Below are positions 1 to 8,855 of a stretch of 64,000 nucleotides of DNA, one piece after another. The stretch lies in the IMG/VR virus record IMGVR_UViG_3300047160_007578, positions 66,263-130,262 of that record; one strand, 5' to 3'. Under the pieces are notes generated by a model. The model did no database searches and was not told the origin of the DNA. It saw nothing but the letters and a program-made list of their open reading frames with translations. Numbering within the stretch: position 1 is the stretch's first letter; each line of letters opens with the position of its first letter. This stretch comes from a virus. The position numbers and the translations under genes were made by a program.

Positions 1-35
1 CACCAACCGGAGGAATCTCCAGTTTTGATTTTTGA

Positions 36-359
36 TCACGTGACACCATTTTCCTTCCTCCTGTTCCGCCAGTACATCCGCGCGAGCGGCTTGCTGGCCC
101 AGCCTGGGTGATGTGGCGCGTTATGTGCTGATACGCATTGACGAAGCGTACCGTCATAACCCAGGATACACATGAAATGTCCACGACGCCAGATTCGACC
201 CCCGGCAACGTGAGCCGTTGTGAGCGACCACCCGTGCCGTATTAGTCTGCCGAGATTTTTCATTCTTCTCTCCTTGACTTCGGCGTTCCTGGCCAAGATG
301 GCGCATTCACACCGATATCGTTTGCACTTGAAACAGAGCGTTAACATTGAGTGGGTCAT
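36..359 (-). CDS. hypothetical protein
   Basis: 107-aa ORF with GGAGG RBS, co-oriented with the operon. Confidence 0.6.
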   Translation of the reverse strand: MTHSMLTLCFKCKRYRCECAILARNAEVKERRMKNLGRLIRHGWSLTTAHVAGGRIWRRGHFMCILGYDGTLRQCVSAHNAPHHPGWASKPLARMYWRNRRKENGVT

Positions 360-377
360 CGGTTCCCTCCGTAGTTT

Positions 378-917
378 TCACGGACCAACCGGAGCAGGAT
401 TCTCCGGTGTCCCAGGCGCGCTTCCGTACAGCCACTTGCCGGTACGTGCGTGTACTTTGGCTTCGAGAGATCGCATCCTGGCCAAAGCGACCGCTTCTTC
501 CAGGTGCGGATTCGCTTCCTCGCAGCAGAGACAGTACCGAACTGCCTCGCTTTCGGTGAAGCCAGTACGCTCACAGCGCAGGATTTCATCGTCGATGGAC
601 TTCGCGTACACACCATCCAGAGGCGTATCCGGCATGTCACGTCCCGCGATCGCGCGATCAACGCGCCCGCGAACGTTGTCCAGGTACGTTCCTTCCACCG
701 GATTCTTCGAGTCCACCAGCTTGCCGAACACCGTGAGCACGTTTGACCCACGTTCGCGGATATAGCGAGTGCCCACCTGCTGGATTTCCGGCGACGGATA
801 GAAGCTGCGGCGTTGGAAAGCCTTAGCCGCATCTTCAATCGTATCGGTCTCGCACACCGAAATCACGATCGCAAGATCGTTTTTCGAGTGGAGCACGTCA
901 ACGAGTTCAAAGATCAC
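378..917 (-). CDS. hypothetical protein
   Basis: 179-aa ORF, AGGT RBS upstream of GTG. Confidence 0.7.
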   Translation of the reverse strand: MIFELVDVLHSKNDLAIVISVCETDTIEDAAKAFQRRSFYPSPEIQQVGTRYIRERGSNVLTVFGKLVDSKNPVEGTYLDNVRGRVDRAIAGRDMPDTPLDGVYAKSIDDEILRCERTGFTESEAVRYCLCCEEANPHLEEAVALARMRSLEAKVHARTGKWLYGSAPGTPENPAPVGP

Positions 918-959
918 ATTTCACCTACCTTTCTGGCCCAGAGCCATTGGGATTATTGA

Positions 960-1130
960 TCATTCCGGTTCGAGCGAACCGCCGAACCAGCCGAGCACTT
1001 CTTCGACGTTCGCTTCGGATGAACAGTTCCGAATTGCGTCAAGCAATTTCTGCTTGCGCTCTTCCCAGGTGACGACAGGGTCGCCGCCGATCACAGACAG
1101 AGCTTCGGCGGCAGTTTCGTACTGATCCAT
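960..1130 (-). CDS. hypothetical protein
   Basis: AGGGAG RBS before ATG at 1130 (MDQYETAAE...). Confidence 0.65.
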   Translation of the reverse strand: MDQYETAAEALSVIGGDPVVTWEERKQKLLDAIRNCSSEANVEEVLGWFGGSLEPE

Positions 1131-1142
1131 TTTTCTCCCTTT

Positions 1143-1249
1143 CACTAACTACTTGGTTCCCACTCCTTGGATGGTTACGCTTCTTCGTTTGGTTCCCACT
1201 GGCTGGTTGGTTACACCATGGTCTTGGTTCTCTCGGCTCGATCGGTTTA
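1143..1249 (-). repeat. TIGR-like dual-repeat array A (3 units)
   Basis: Plus strand alternates TGGTTCCCAC/TGGTTCTCTC (1154, 1190, 1225) with TGGTTACRC (1172, 1208), separated by unique 8-9 nt spacers; intergenic. Confidence 0.8.
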
Positions 1250-1603
1250 AGTGTGAAGAGCCGCTTCGATTTCCACCAGGCGATTCTCAGGGAAGCCACA
1301 GAGTATCGCGAATGGACGCAGATCGCTGGTGTCCATGCTCGGATACTTCTTGCCTTCGCTCCTGGAGAACTCGAACCGTTCGCGAAGATTTTTGATCAGC
1401 CGAGCCAACTTTGGCTCGACTTCGACTTCCTTGCCGGTGTCCTCATCCGTCATGACGAAGACGCCTTGATTGTCCGCTGTGACGAAAGCGCAATCTTGTT
1501 CGTCAGCCGGTTGCATCCAGATTTGGAAGTAGACCGACGTAACATGATCGTAACCGGCGGCGAAGCGGTACTTCTCGCCGTCGAATTCCACCCGAGTGCC
1601 CAT
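1247..1603 (-). CDS. hypothetical protein
   Basis: 118-aa ORF with AAGGA RBS. Confidence 0.7.
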   Translation of the reverse strand: MGTRVEFDGEKYRFAAGYDHVTSVYFQIWMQPADEQDCAFVTADNQGVFVMTDEDTGKEVEVEPKLARLIKNLRERFEFSRSEGKKYPSMDTSDLRPFAILCGFPENRLVEIEAALHT

Positions 1604-1606
1604 GAA

Positions 1607-1771
1607 TCACTTCCTTTCGCCGATTGAGTTGATGGCGTCATCGAACGCCTTATTGTACTCCCGATTTTCCCGCTGTTGGACCGTTCCTTTGTAGCTCTGA
1701 AACAGGCACACTCCGGCGGTCACAAAGACCATGCCGAGAACGATGCAGACAGCACAAAACAGGTCTCTCAC
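1607..1771 (-). CDS. small membrane protein
   Basis: 54-aa ORF missing from the track (VRDLFCAVCIVLGMVFVTAGVCLF...), GGTGG RBS, one hydrophobic segment. Confidence 0.6.
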   Translation of the reverse strand: MRDLFCAVCIVLGMVFVTAGVCLFQSYKGTVQQRENREYNKAFDDAINSIGERK

Positions 1772-1823
1772 GAATCACCACCTTTCATTGTTAGGATCAA
1801 TCCAACTTTCTGATTATTGATCA

Positions 1824-1858
1824 CGCAACCACAATGGTTCTCACGCTCGGGGTGGTTA
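1824..1858 (-). repeat. TIGR-like single unit B
   Basis: Minus strand TAACCA-CCCCGAGC-GTGAGAACCA-TTGTGGTT-GCG, just downstream of a promoter. Confidence 0.7.
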
Positions 1859-1879
1859 TTTGATCATTAATCATTGGCC

Positions 1880-1996
1880 AGATTAATCAAATCTTTCCGA
1901 CGCGCGGCGCGCATCGCTCCGCTACTATAGCTTACCATATTATTTTGCCTATGTCAAGAGGAATTTTTCAGATTGTTGGAAAGATTTGATTAATCT
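1880..1996 (-). promoter_or_regulatory. sigma70-type promoter bracketed by 19-bp inverted repeats
   Basis: TTGACA(1957-1952)-17 nt-TAAGCT(1934-1929) with extended -10 TG; flanks AGATTAATCAAATCTTTCC / GGAAAGATTTGATTAATCT. Confidence 0.85.
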
Positions 1997-2039
1997 CGCC
2001 TTTTGTCCACAAAAAGCTACCTTGCTTTTCGATTATTAA

Positions 2040-2627
2040 TCAATCTCTTCCAAGCTTCTTAAATTGAGCACTAATCGAAGCCAATTGGAAACTGAGATAA
2101 GTGACAGGAGCATCAGCATGGCTGTGTAATAAATTCCAGAGTCGCGGAAAAGTGATCGCAGCACCACCTTCACTAATGAATTCCTTAACATTGTCGTCCG
2201 AATCATCGACAAGAATCTTGTTTGGCCCAGCACAGAAATGTTTCGCGGGACCGATAAGGAACTGTGGAGCGAGTAACGGATAGTGTTTCTGCAACCAGTC
2301 AATTTTACCGGCGACAGATTCACCGACGCGATCCATCGGGAAATCGCCTTTGGATGTTGGCAGTGACGTACAGATACAGATTTCTTTCGGATCAAAGTAG
2401 GCGAGTATCATTTTCACAATATCATCAGCCCAGGGCGTCTTGTGAGCGTTCGCCCAAAAAGCATAATTGCATGGCTTCCACCACGGTTCAGGGATTTCGA
2501 GTCCCACCGAGAATCGCCATTCGCCTTTGACTTTCCATTCGTTCGGGACACCAAAGGCTTCCGCGATTCCACGGTGGATATCAGCCAACACGCCGTCTAA
2601 ATCAAGACAGCATTTGAGCTTAGGCAT
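2040..2627 (-). CDS. HAD-family 5'(3')-deoxyribonucleotidase
   Basis: DLDGVLAD motif I, K, and LVDDS motif IV. Confidence 0.85.
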   Translation of the reverse strand: MPKLKCCLDLDGVLADIHRGIAEAFGVPNEWKVKGEWRFSVGLEIPEPWWKPCNYAFWANAHKTPWADDIVKMILAYFDPKEICICTSLPTSKGDFPMDRVGESVAGKIDWLQKHYPLLAPQFLIGPAKHFCAGPNKILVDDSDDNVKEFISEGGAAITFPRLWNLLHSHADAPVTYLSFQLASISAQFKKLGRD

Positions 2628-2642
2628 CTTTCCTCCTGATCA

Positions 2643-2747
2643 TTAATCATTCTTTCGGTTGATAATCCAATAAGCAAACGCGAATGCAGCCCCGACAATA
2701 AGAAATATAATTAAAACAATATCAAAGGGCTCGAATATTTCTTTCAT
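2643..2747 (-). CDS. small membrane peptide
   Basis: 34-aa ORF MKEIFEPFDIVLIIFLIVGAAFAFAYWIINRKND, ATGA overlap with the upstream stop, GAGGA RBS. Confidence 0.55.
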   Translation of the reverse strand: MKEIFEPFDIVLIIFLIVGAAFAFAYWIINRKND

Positions 2748-3274
2748 AATTCCTCACTAGAGAAAAGTAATTGCCTGAGTAATTCTATTTGTTGATGTAT
2801 CCTGCCGTGCTGCTCGTGCGTGAATCTGTTACAATCTCCCGATAGCTCGTACACACGATTGATAAACTCCGGACTATCGCCGAAAGTATCATACGCCGCG
2901 AAGATCGAAGCACAGTATTGTTCGATATCCATTTCTTCCGGAACATAGTCTGTGGCATAGACTATCACTTTTACCGCGTCGATACCAGCTTCCTCTAGGA
3001 AATGCCTTTTATTTTCTTCGACGTTTTGAACATTAATCACCATATTGTATCGCCTGACCAAAGCCTCTGCTATTTCTCTTTCGGTGATTTTCAACTGAAC
3101 ACCATAGATTGTATTACCATTATTTTCCCCTTCTACTTTCCTGGTATCTTTCAACTGCTCTTTGTGCTTATTTAAGAAATCCTGTAATTCAGCTTCGGAA
3201 TGTGTTTCGATATTAAAAACAGCATAAGAGCAATGGTAAGCCGATTGCTCGTAATCACCCGTTACCCTTAGCAT
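2744..3274 (-). CDS. hypothetical protein
   Basis: 176-aa ORF with AAGGA RBS. Confidence 0.7.
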   Translation of the reverse strand: MLRVTGDYEQSAYHCSYAVFNIETHSEAELQDFLNKHKEQLKDTRKVEGENNGNTIYGVQLKITEREIAEALVRRYNMVINVQNVEENKRHFLEEAGIDAVKVIVYATDYVPEEMDIEQYCASIFAAYDTFGDSPEFINRVYELSGDCNRFTHEQHGRIHQQIELLRQLLFSSEEL

Positions 3275-3527
3275 ATCGTTTCCTTTCCTTTCCTCTTTTC
3301 TCGTTTACGCCTTTCATATGCAGCCACAAAAAGAGTGCGTGTATCCACTGAGACGTATTCGCCATATCGCGCCAGATATCATCGACTTCTTTCGATTCAG
3401 TATCAGTTAACACATCTAGGGCACAATCGTACCATTTGATATTAGTGCCTTCCCCTTTATTCATCTTCGCTTGTGCCGCCTCTTGGCAAAGCTGCCGAAT
3501 GACTTCTTTTTGTCGCGTCATACCCAT
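3255..3527 (-). CDS. hypothetical protein
   Basis: 90-aa ORF with GGAGG RBS. Confidence 0.7.
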   Translation of the reverse strand: MGMTRQKEVIRQLCQEAAQAKMNKGEGTNIKWYDCALDVLTDTESKEVDDIWRDMANTSQWIHALFLWLHMKGVNEKRGKERKRYAKGNG

Positions 3528-3602
3528 CTTCCTCCAGGGTTTAGATACTATAGCATAGTATACTATAGTATCCGAAAATTGAAAAAGATTAATAATCCTG
3601 AA

Positions 3603-4661
3603 TTAAAATTTCCGCTGAACAGGTCGGGTCATATTGAGGAACGTATCAGCATCCTTCTGAGTGTCGAAGGCCATCTGCAATTGATTCGTTAACAGACCGC
3701 AACGCATATCAGATTCCTCTTTCGACAGGTCACGAAAGAAATGGTCGCTGTGAGCGGCTTCCCAAATCCCCTGCGCAAACGTGAACGTCTCATGCTGGAA
3801 GTCGGCACCGACTCGCATCCGATGTTCCGCGATCCGAATATCCGGAAACTCTGACCCGTTGGGCGCGCAGCAGATTTGATCGATGGCCGCGATAAAATCC
3901 TCTCCCACGGAACAGCCGAGCAACCACGCGTACACGGACAGCTGCGTTGCCCAATCAATGTTGGTCTGTTCCAGAAAACCAGCGCCGTTGATTAATGTTC
4001 CGTTGTGCATGAGCAGCCGGCAGTCATCGTGTTTTCCAGCTTTCTTCCGGTCGCGCCTGAGACGCACATAGCCCGGCATCGGCGAGACGGGTGTGCGTGA
4101 GAGATAGCCGTTGACCTTGAAATCGAGAATGACGTGCGAGCCGAACTTGTTGATGTAGAACACGTCAGGTTTGCCCAGGAAAGTTACACCGCCCCGGACC
4201 ATCGTTTTCGCTTCGCGCTCGGTTCCCGTTTCGCCCGGTCGGCCCGGATCACCTTGCTTCGCTCGGTCGCTGTGAACCGCGCCCATGACTTCGATTTCAA
4301 ACTGTGGAATATTAATCGCTTGATTGAGTTCGAGCATCAGATCAGCCAGCGCTCCGGATTTCTCGTAGATATCGAAAAGGTACATGCCGTGCAGTCGCGC
4401 CCAGTCACGCCATTCCTGGGAAACTTGAGCCTCGAAGATATTGTCGAAAGCATACTTCGGGTCGTGGCCCTTGCCGAAGAGTTTCTCGTGAACGTAGTTC
4501 TTGACGTATGCATCGAACGAACTTCCGATTGCCATTGGTTGCGTCTGCGGTTCGCGAACCCTATCGATTGGTGCCAAATAGTCCAGGTAGAATTGTTCCG
4601 GATTCTTTCGGTACGTACTGATTCCGGTCGGACTCAGATAACGCAGGGTCTTGTTCTTCAA
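3603..4661 (-). CDS. PD-(D/E)XK (RecB/Cas4-like) exonuclease
   Basis: N-terminal LSPT..ST, GKPD, ILDFK and QLSVY motifs. Confidence 0.8.
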   Translation of the reverse strand: MKNKTLRYLSPTGISTYRKNPEQFYLDYLAPIDRVREPQTQPMAIGSSFDAYVKNYVHEKLFGKGHDPKYAFDNIFEAQVSQEWRDWARLHGMYLFDIYEKSGALADLMLELNQAINIPQFEIEVMGAVHSDRAKQGDPGRPGETGTEREAKTMVRGGVTFLGKPDVFYINKFGSHVILDFKVNGYLSRTPVSPMPGYVRLRRDRKKAGKHDDCRLLMHNGTLINGAGFLEQTNIDWATQLSVYAWLLGCSVGEDFIAAIDQICCAPNGSEFPDIRIAEHRMRVGADFQHETFTFAQGIWEAAHSDHFFRDLSKEESDMRCGLLTNQLQMAFDTQKDADTFLNMTRPVQRKF

Positions 4662-4858
4662 GGCTGGCTCCGTTCATCAACGAACTTTGTAAGGGCTTTT
4701 CCCATTTTACTATCAGTTGTTTTAGTTGGATCGATATTAGCGTTGGCGTATTCTACCCATTCTTTCCAAAGCTGTGGATTTTTGTCGCATATTAACATCG
4801 CATGTCCAGCCCACTGCCATCCCAGCAGGCTCAGTTCTTCTTCAGTCCAGTTTGGCAC
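4658..4858 (-). CDS. hypothetical protein
   Basis: 66-aa ORF, GGAGG RBS, overlaps the next start. Confidence 0.65.
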   Translation of the reverse strand: MPNWTEEELSLLGWQWAGHAMLICDKNPQLWKEWVEYANANIDPTKTTDSKMGKALTKFVDERSQP

Positions 4859-4879
4859 ATACCCTCCAATGATTATTGA

Positions 4880-5677
4880 TCACGGTTGCAATTTCATTCC
4901 ACTTACTTCGGTGAGCCCATCGACTTCTTCGACCTTCGCGTCGCAGAAGATTGATGGGAATTTGTTCACGCAGATATTGTAGACCTGACTGTAAACGTAT
5001 CGAATCTCCCACTCCGAATGTCGCGACGTTCGCATCTGCATCGTGTGACGGAGCGAACGGAGATTGAGAGAAAAGCCGATTTCATTGCTCTGGCCATTCG
5101 GCAGGAATCGACGCAGAGCAGAGGTTATCTTTTTCTTTTTATTGAAGTCGAGACTCTTATCATTGAGGCCCATCTTGGCGACCATCTTCCGATAATATTC
5201 TTCGATGATTCGTAGGAGTTCCTCTCCCTCTTCCCGGACAGGTTCGAGAATTGGATCAAAAATCAAATCAATGGTCTCGCCCCGGACGTAGCGGCCGCTG
5301 GTCTGAGAGAACGCCGTGCCGACGCGATGCCTGACGAGTTCGTGCGTAAAGACGCGTGAACAGTTCCGGACAACGAAGTTCAGTTGAGTATGCTCGAAAA
5401 CCGAACCGTGACCGGAATCAAAGCAACTCTTAAGATTGGCTGGAATATCTCGGATTTTGGTAACATTGTCATTTTTGCCGAGTGTCAGGCTAGCGTAGCA
5501 CAGCTTCGCATAGAAGCTGCACAACACTTCACCTGGGTGTAAGCCCTGCTCGATTGCGGATTCAACCGAGCCTATGAAGTTCATGTTACCGGAATCTTTC
5601 AGGTACTCACGAAACGCTTGCCATTCGATTCCGGTGTAGCCGATGAGATATACCTGCGGTTTGACGAACTGACCCAT
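4880..5677 (-). CDS. thyX: flavin-dependent thymidylate synthase
   Basis: GHGSVFEH and THELVRHR...SQTSGRY ThyX signature. Confidence 0.95.
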   Translation of the reverse strand: MGQFVKPQVYLIGYTGIEWQAFREYLKDSGNMNFIGSVESAIEQGLHPGEVLCSFYAKLCYASLTLGKNDNVTKIRDIPANLKSCFDSGHGSVFEHTQLNFVVRNCSRVFTHELVRHRVGTAFSQTSGRYVRGETIDLIFDPILEPVREEGEELLRIIEEYYRKMVAKMGLNDKSLDFNKKKKITSALRRFLPNGQSNEIGFSLNLRSLRHTMQMRTSRHSEWEIRYVYSQVYNICVNKFPSIFCDAKVEEVDGLTEVSGMKLQP

Positions 5678-5697
5678 GATAACCTTCCCTTGTTTGA

Positions 5698-6216
5698 TTA
5701 ATAATCGTGTTTGACCGGTGTAATAGTATCAAGATCAAGAACAACATGAAACCTATCATCAGTCCCATCATTACCAACCTGATGATTAATCCAATAAGGC
5801 ATCGGTCCGTACCAATGTCCTGCGCGCATATTAATCCTTCCGTTGTGTTCGTCCCACCACCAACATTCGGGATTTGTCCAGACAGGAAGATGCCACCGTT
5901 CAACCCTGACAACTTGTTTGGGTGTGCGCTTTTGATACGTCGTATCTTTCAGGGTATCCGTGTGAATCGGAACGGTGACGCCGGGAGGAAGATGATTAAT
6001 AGTCAAATAGATCGCAGCGTCTCCCCGCATCTGTTCAAGCTCTTTGATAGCGTCGATCAGATTTGGGTAGCGAATTAAGGTTCCCATCATATCTTGAATT
6101 CGAGTACTTTGGGGCAGATACATCCTAGCCCCGGAACCATCAAGCTGATATTCCAGTTTCGATATTTCGTCCCAAACACCTAGTGTAAAGACGTTTGATT
6201 TAACTGTTCGGAGCAT
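5698..6216 (-). CDS. 2OG-Fe(II) oxygenase, Asp/Asn beta-hydroxylase-like
   Basis: LPPG...HTD, RWHLP and HQVGN...RFHVVLD facial-triad pattern. Confidence 0.8.
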   Translation of the reverse strand: MLRTVKSNVFTLGVWDEISKLEYQLDGSGARMYLPQSTRIQDMMGTLIRYPNLIDAIKELEQMRGDAAIYLTINHLPPGVTVPIHTDTLKDTTYQKRTPKQVVRVERWHLPVWTNPECWWWDEHNGRINMRAGHWYGPMPYWINHQVGNDGTDDRFHVVLDLDTITPVKHDY

Positions 6217-6251
6217 CCTTCGTCTCCCAGCCGGTTACAATTAATAATCAA

Positions 6252-6321
6252 TGGAACTGGCTGGACTCGAACCAGCAACTCGGCGCATGCACTCCGTGTG
6301 ATACCGTTTCACCACAGCCCC
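6252..6321 (-). tRNA. tRNA-like gene with Ala identity (G3:U70, A73) and an aberrant anticodon arm
   Basis: Acceptor GGGGCTG/CAGTTCC, D arm GTGA/TCAC with GG, T arm GCTGG-TTCGAGT-CCAGC; 16-nt anticodon arm containing TGC; no CCA encoded. Confidence 0.75.
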
Positions 6322-6408
6322 ACCAACTCAGGTTTTCCTTCTCCTCTTTCTGGCTCCCGCGAACTGACTAAATTCGACATGCCCAGCGGTCGCGGGCGTT
6401 TCGGGCCT

Positions 6409-6705
6409 TCATGCGAAACCGCTGAACGCGACGTGACCCGCGGTCGCCTGCGGCGGCGAAATGTCCACATCGACCGTATCGTCACCAGTAATGGCGACGC
6501 CGTTGCTGGTACCCTGCCAGCTGATGGTGGCCGTTCCTGCTCCGATCGCCGTCACCTTGCAAGTCGTGTCCCCGGTGGGGGCCAAGAGAACAATACCAGG
6601 CGTGTCGGAGAGAAACTTGCCACTACCAGGATCGATGGTTCCGTCAGGCGGAATCGGTGTAATGGTGATAGTGCCAATGTCACCGATGGTCCCGGAGGCA
6701 TCCAT
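6409..6705 (-). CDS. small Ig-like beta-sandwich protein
   Basis: Thr/Gly-rich beta pattern (VTAIGAGTATISW), AAGGA RBS. Confidence 0.55.
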   Translation of the reverse strand: MDASGTIGDIGTITITPIPPDGTIDPGSGKFLSDTPGIVLLAPTGDTTCKVTAIGAGTATISWQGTSNGVAITGDDTVDVDISPPQATAGHVAFSGFA

Positions 6706-6746
6706 TTGTTTTCCTTGTGTTGAATTGCTTTTTTAATAGACCACGA

Positions 6747-7025
6747 TTAAAGATCAAATTCTTCGATTTTAATACGCATAAACGACGCCAATTGTTCGCG
6801 ATTATATTGTGGATTCAATTGCTCATATTTTCGGAGTCTTTCGCCCCATATCTTTTTATCCCTCTCTGGCTGATCCTCGCGCATATCTTCATCAAATTGT
6901 TCGGGCGTCATCTGTATTCTGCGAATTAATTCTTCCCTGGGCATCTTGAACTTATTAAGCAACTTACGAACCTGTTCCCTCCATTGGGCGGGATGGATAG
7001 GAACGTATCGAAGCGATTCGATCAT
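6747..7025 (-). CDS. hypothetical protein
   Basis: 92-aa ORF overlapping the upstream stop. Confidence 0.65.
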   Translation of the reverse strand: MIESLRYVPIHPAQWREQVRKLLNKFKMPREELIRRIQMTPEQFDEDMREDQPERDKKIWGERLRKYEQLNPQYNREQLASFMRIKIEEFDL

Positions 7026-7315
7026 GTTGATCCCGGTTTGGGCATTCGGCCGAACTGGAGAAGTGTCGTCATATCAGAGATTTTCGTTGCCAGGCTCTTG
7101 CCGCTGGGATCATCCATAACCTGTTTCAACTTCGCGGCATTGGCCGGATTCGCGTGCCACTCGTCGAACTTGGCCAAGTCCCACTGAAGATTCCGAAGGG
7201 CTTTTTCGACGATCTGTTGCCACGTCGGAGGCAAACTGTTGAAGGCAGCTCCCACTTTCACCCCTCCTCTTTCAATGTGGCCAACACCCTGAATTTTGAT
7301 TTGTCCCAATCCCAT
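7022..7315 (-). CDS. hypothetical protein
   Basis: 97-aa ORF with GAGGA RBS. Confidence 0.65.
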   Translation of the reverse strand: MGLGQIKIQGVGHIERGGVKVGAAFNSLPPTWQQIVEKALRNLQWDLAKFDEWHANPANAAKLKQVMDDPSGKSLATKISDMTTLLQFGRMPKPGST

Positions 7316-7327
7316 GTTTTCCTCTGA

Positions 7328-8104
7328 TTATTCAGGTTCTTGGATCGAGTTCGCGTCGTCTATTAGCTTTTCAAATGGAAGTGTCGATCGTTGCTTGCCC
7401 TTGACTTTTGATCTGGAAAAACGACGCGAATGATTAATGATCCCTTTATCAGTTTTCTTGTATCGGTCGTAAAGATCACCGAGCAGTTTAATAACATAGT
7501 TCGGCTTGATTTCCAATATATCAGCAACCTCATTTGGAGTATATCCTGCGGACTTCAGACGCACAATCGCTCGCTTGTATTCGCGACGCACAAGATTATC
7601 GTCAGCCTTGATACAAGTTTCGATTGTTTCCAAAATCTCCAATATACTAGATTCGTGATCTTCCAATCGAGCCTGGTAGTCACCGAGAAAATCAAGTAAA
7701 GGTGAAATGAAGTCCGGATCATGAGCCTTCTTATGCCGATATGTGCGAGCCGGCATAAGATGCTGACTTTCGATGTAATCGATAATTGCACCTTTCATGA
7801 TCGTTGAAAGGTACGGCGTGATATTGTCATCAACCAGAACGGTTGGTGCTCGTTTAATACCCTGTGCAAGAGCTAGCATAGCTTCTTGCACAGCATCTGA
7901 AATGATATGTCTAGCTGTGAATCCGATACGACAGGCCAACGCGATCGCTAACCGCATATGGCCAAAGAAAATCGTTTCGATATCTTTCCGCGTAGCGGTA
8001 TTGTTTCTGAGTTTTTGGACGAGTTCGATCAGTTCCGTTTCCGGCAAAGGATCAGGTATAATGAACGGAGTATAGGGATTATCTACACCGCGTCCTCGTC
8101 GCAT
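7328..8104 (-). CDS. sigma-70 family RNA polymerase sigma factor
   Basis: Region 2-like HMRLAIALA...DAVQEAMLAL...YL...KGAIIDY and region 4 HTH GYTPNEVADILEI. Confidence 0.75.
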   Translation of the reverse strand: MRRGRGVDNPYTPFIIPDPLPETELIELVQKLRNNTATRKDIETIFFGHMRLAIALACRIGFTARHIISDAVQEAMLALAQGIKRAPTVLVDDNITPYLSTIMKGAIIDYIESQHLMPARTYRHKKAHDPDFISPLLDFLGDYQARLEDHESSILEILETIETCIKADDNLVRREYKRAIVRLKSAGYTPNEVADILEIKPNYVIKLLGDLYDRYKKTDKGIINHSRRFSRSKVKGKQRSTLPFEKLIDDANSIQEPE

Positions 8105-8116
8105 TTTACCTCCTTG

Positions 8117-8599
8117 TCACGTCGTGACATGATGGCGTGCTAGCTTTCGGAACTCTTTCTCGATCTGCTCCCATCGAACCTGTTGGCCGTCGAGACCAAC
8201 ATTGTTCATCAACGCCTGCATGTACTTGGAATAGTCAGCGAGCTGGTTCATAAATCGTTTCCAACCCTTTCGATTAATAATCCTTTGTATCTCCACCACT
8301 TCTGGCGTCGGATCAGTCAACGGAATTAGTTTTCTTTCTACTGGCTCTAGCTGATCTAGGTATCGCTGCACGTATCCGCTCGGACTCTCCTCTTCCTCGC
8401 CGTTATCATTGGTGTTGAAAACAGGAGTCAGAACGAAATCTGTGAACATATCGTTCAAGACCTTGTTCACCACACTGGCATCGAAGCCGTGCGGTGACAA
8501 TTGGTACGACCGATCCAAGTACACCTTGGTGAGAATCGGATCGGTGTTGACCAAACGAAGCATCGTTGCGCGAGAATACTCGATCGAGTGCGGAAGCAT
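8117..8599 (-). CDS. hypothetical protein
   Basis: 160-aa ORF in the operon. Confidence 0.7.
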   Translation of the reverse strand: MLPHSIEYSRATMLRLVNTDPILTKVYLDRSYQLSPHGFDASVVNKVLNDMFTDFVLTPVFNTNDNGEEEESPSGYVQRYLDQLEPVERKLIPLTDPTPEVVEIQRIINRKGWKRFMNQLADYSKYMQALMNNVGLDGQQVRWEQIEKEFRKLARHHVTT

Positions 8600-8632
8600 T
8601 TTAATATACCTTGCTGGTTTAATAAATTGTGT

Positions 8633-8836
8633 CTACGGATCAATCACTCTTGTATCAGCCCGGACGAAATCGCCGGTTTTAGCGTCGAAGATCAACAGTG
8701 GCACTATCCTGATGCCATCTCGTTTGTCGTCCAGAACCATTACTCGACGTAAAGGTTCGCTTCCAACCTCGCAGTAGTGGAAGTGCGGTTGTTTCGCACG
8801 GTCCAACATCTGCACAGTCTGCTCATAGTCAGTCAT
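8633..8836 (-). CDS. hypothetical protein
   Basis: GGAGG RBS before ATG 8836 (MTDYEQ...). Confidence 0.6.
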   Translation of the reverse strand: MTDYEQTVQMLDRAKQPHFHYCEVGSEPLRRVMVLDDKRDGIRIVPLLIFDAKTGDFVRADTRVIDP

Positions 8837-8855
8837 TGCCCCTCCTTCTAAGGAT

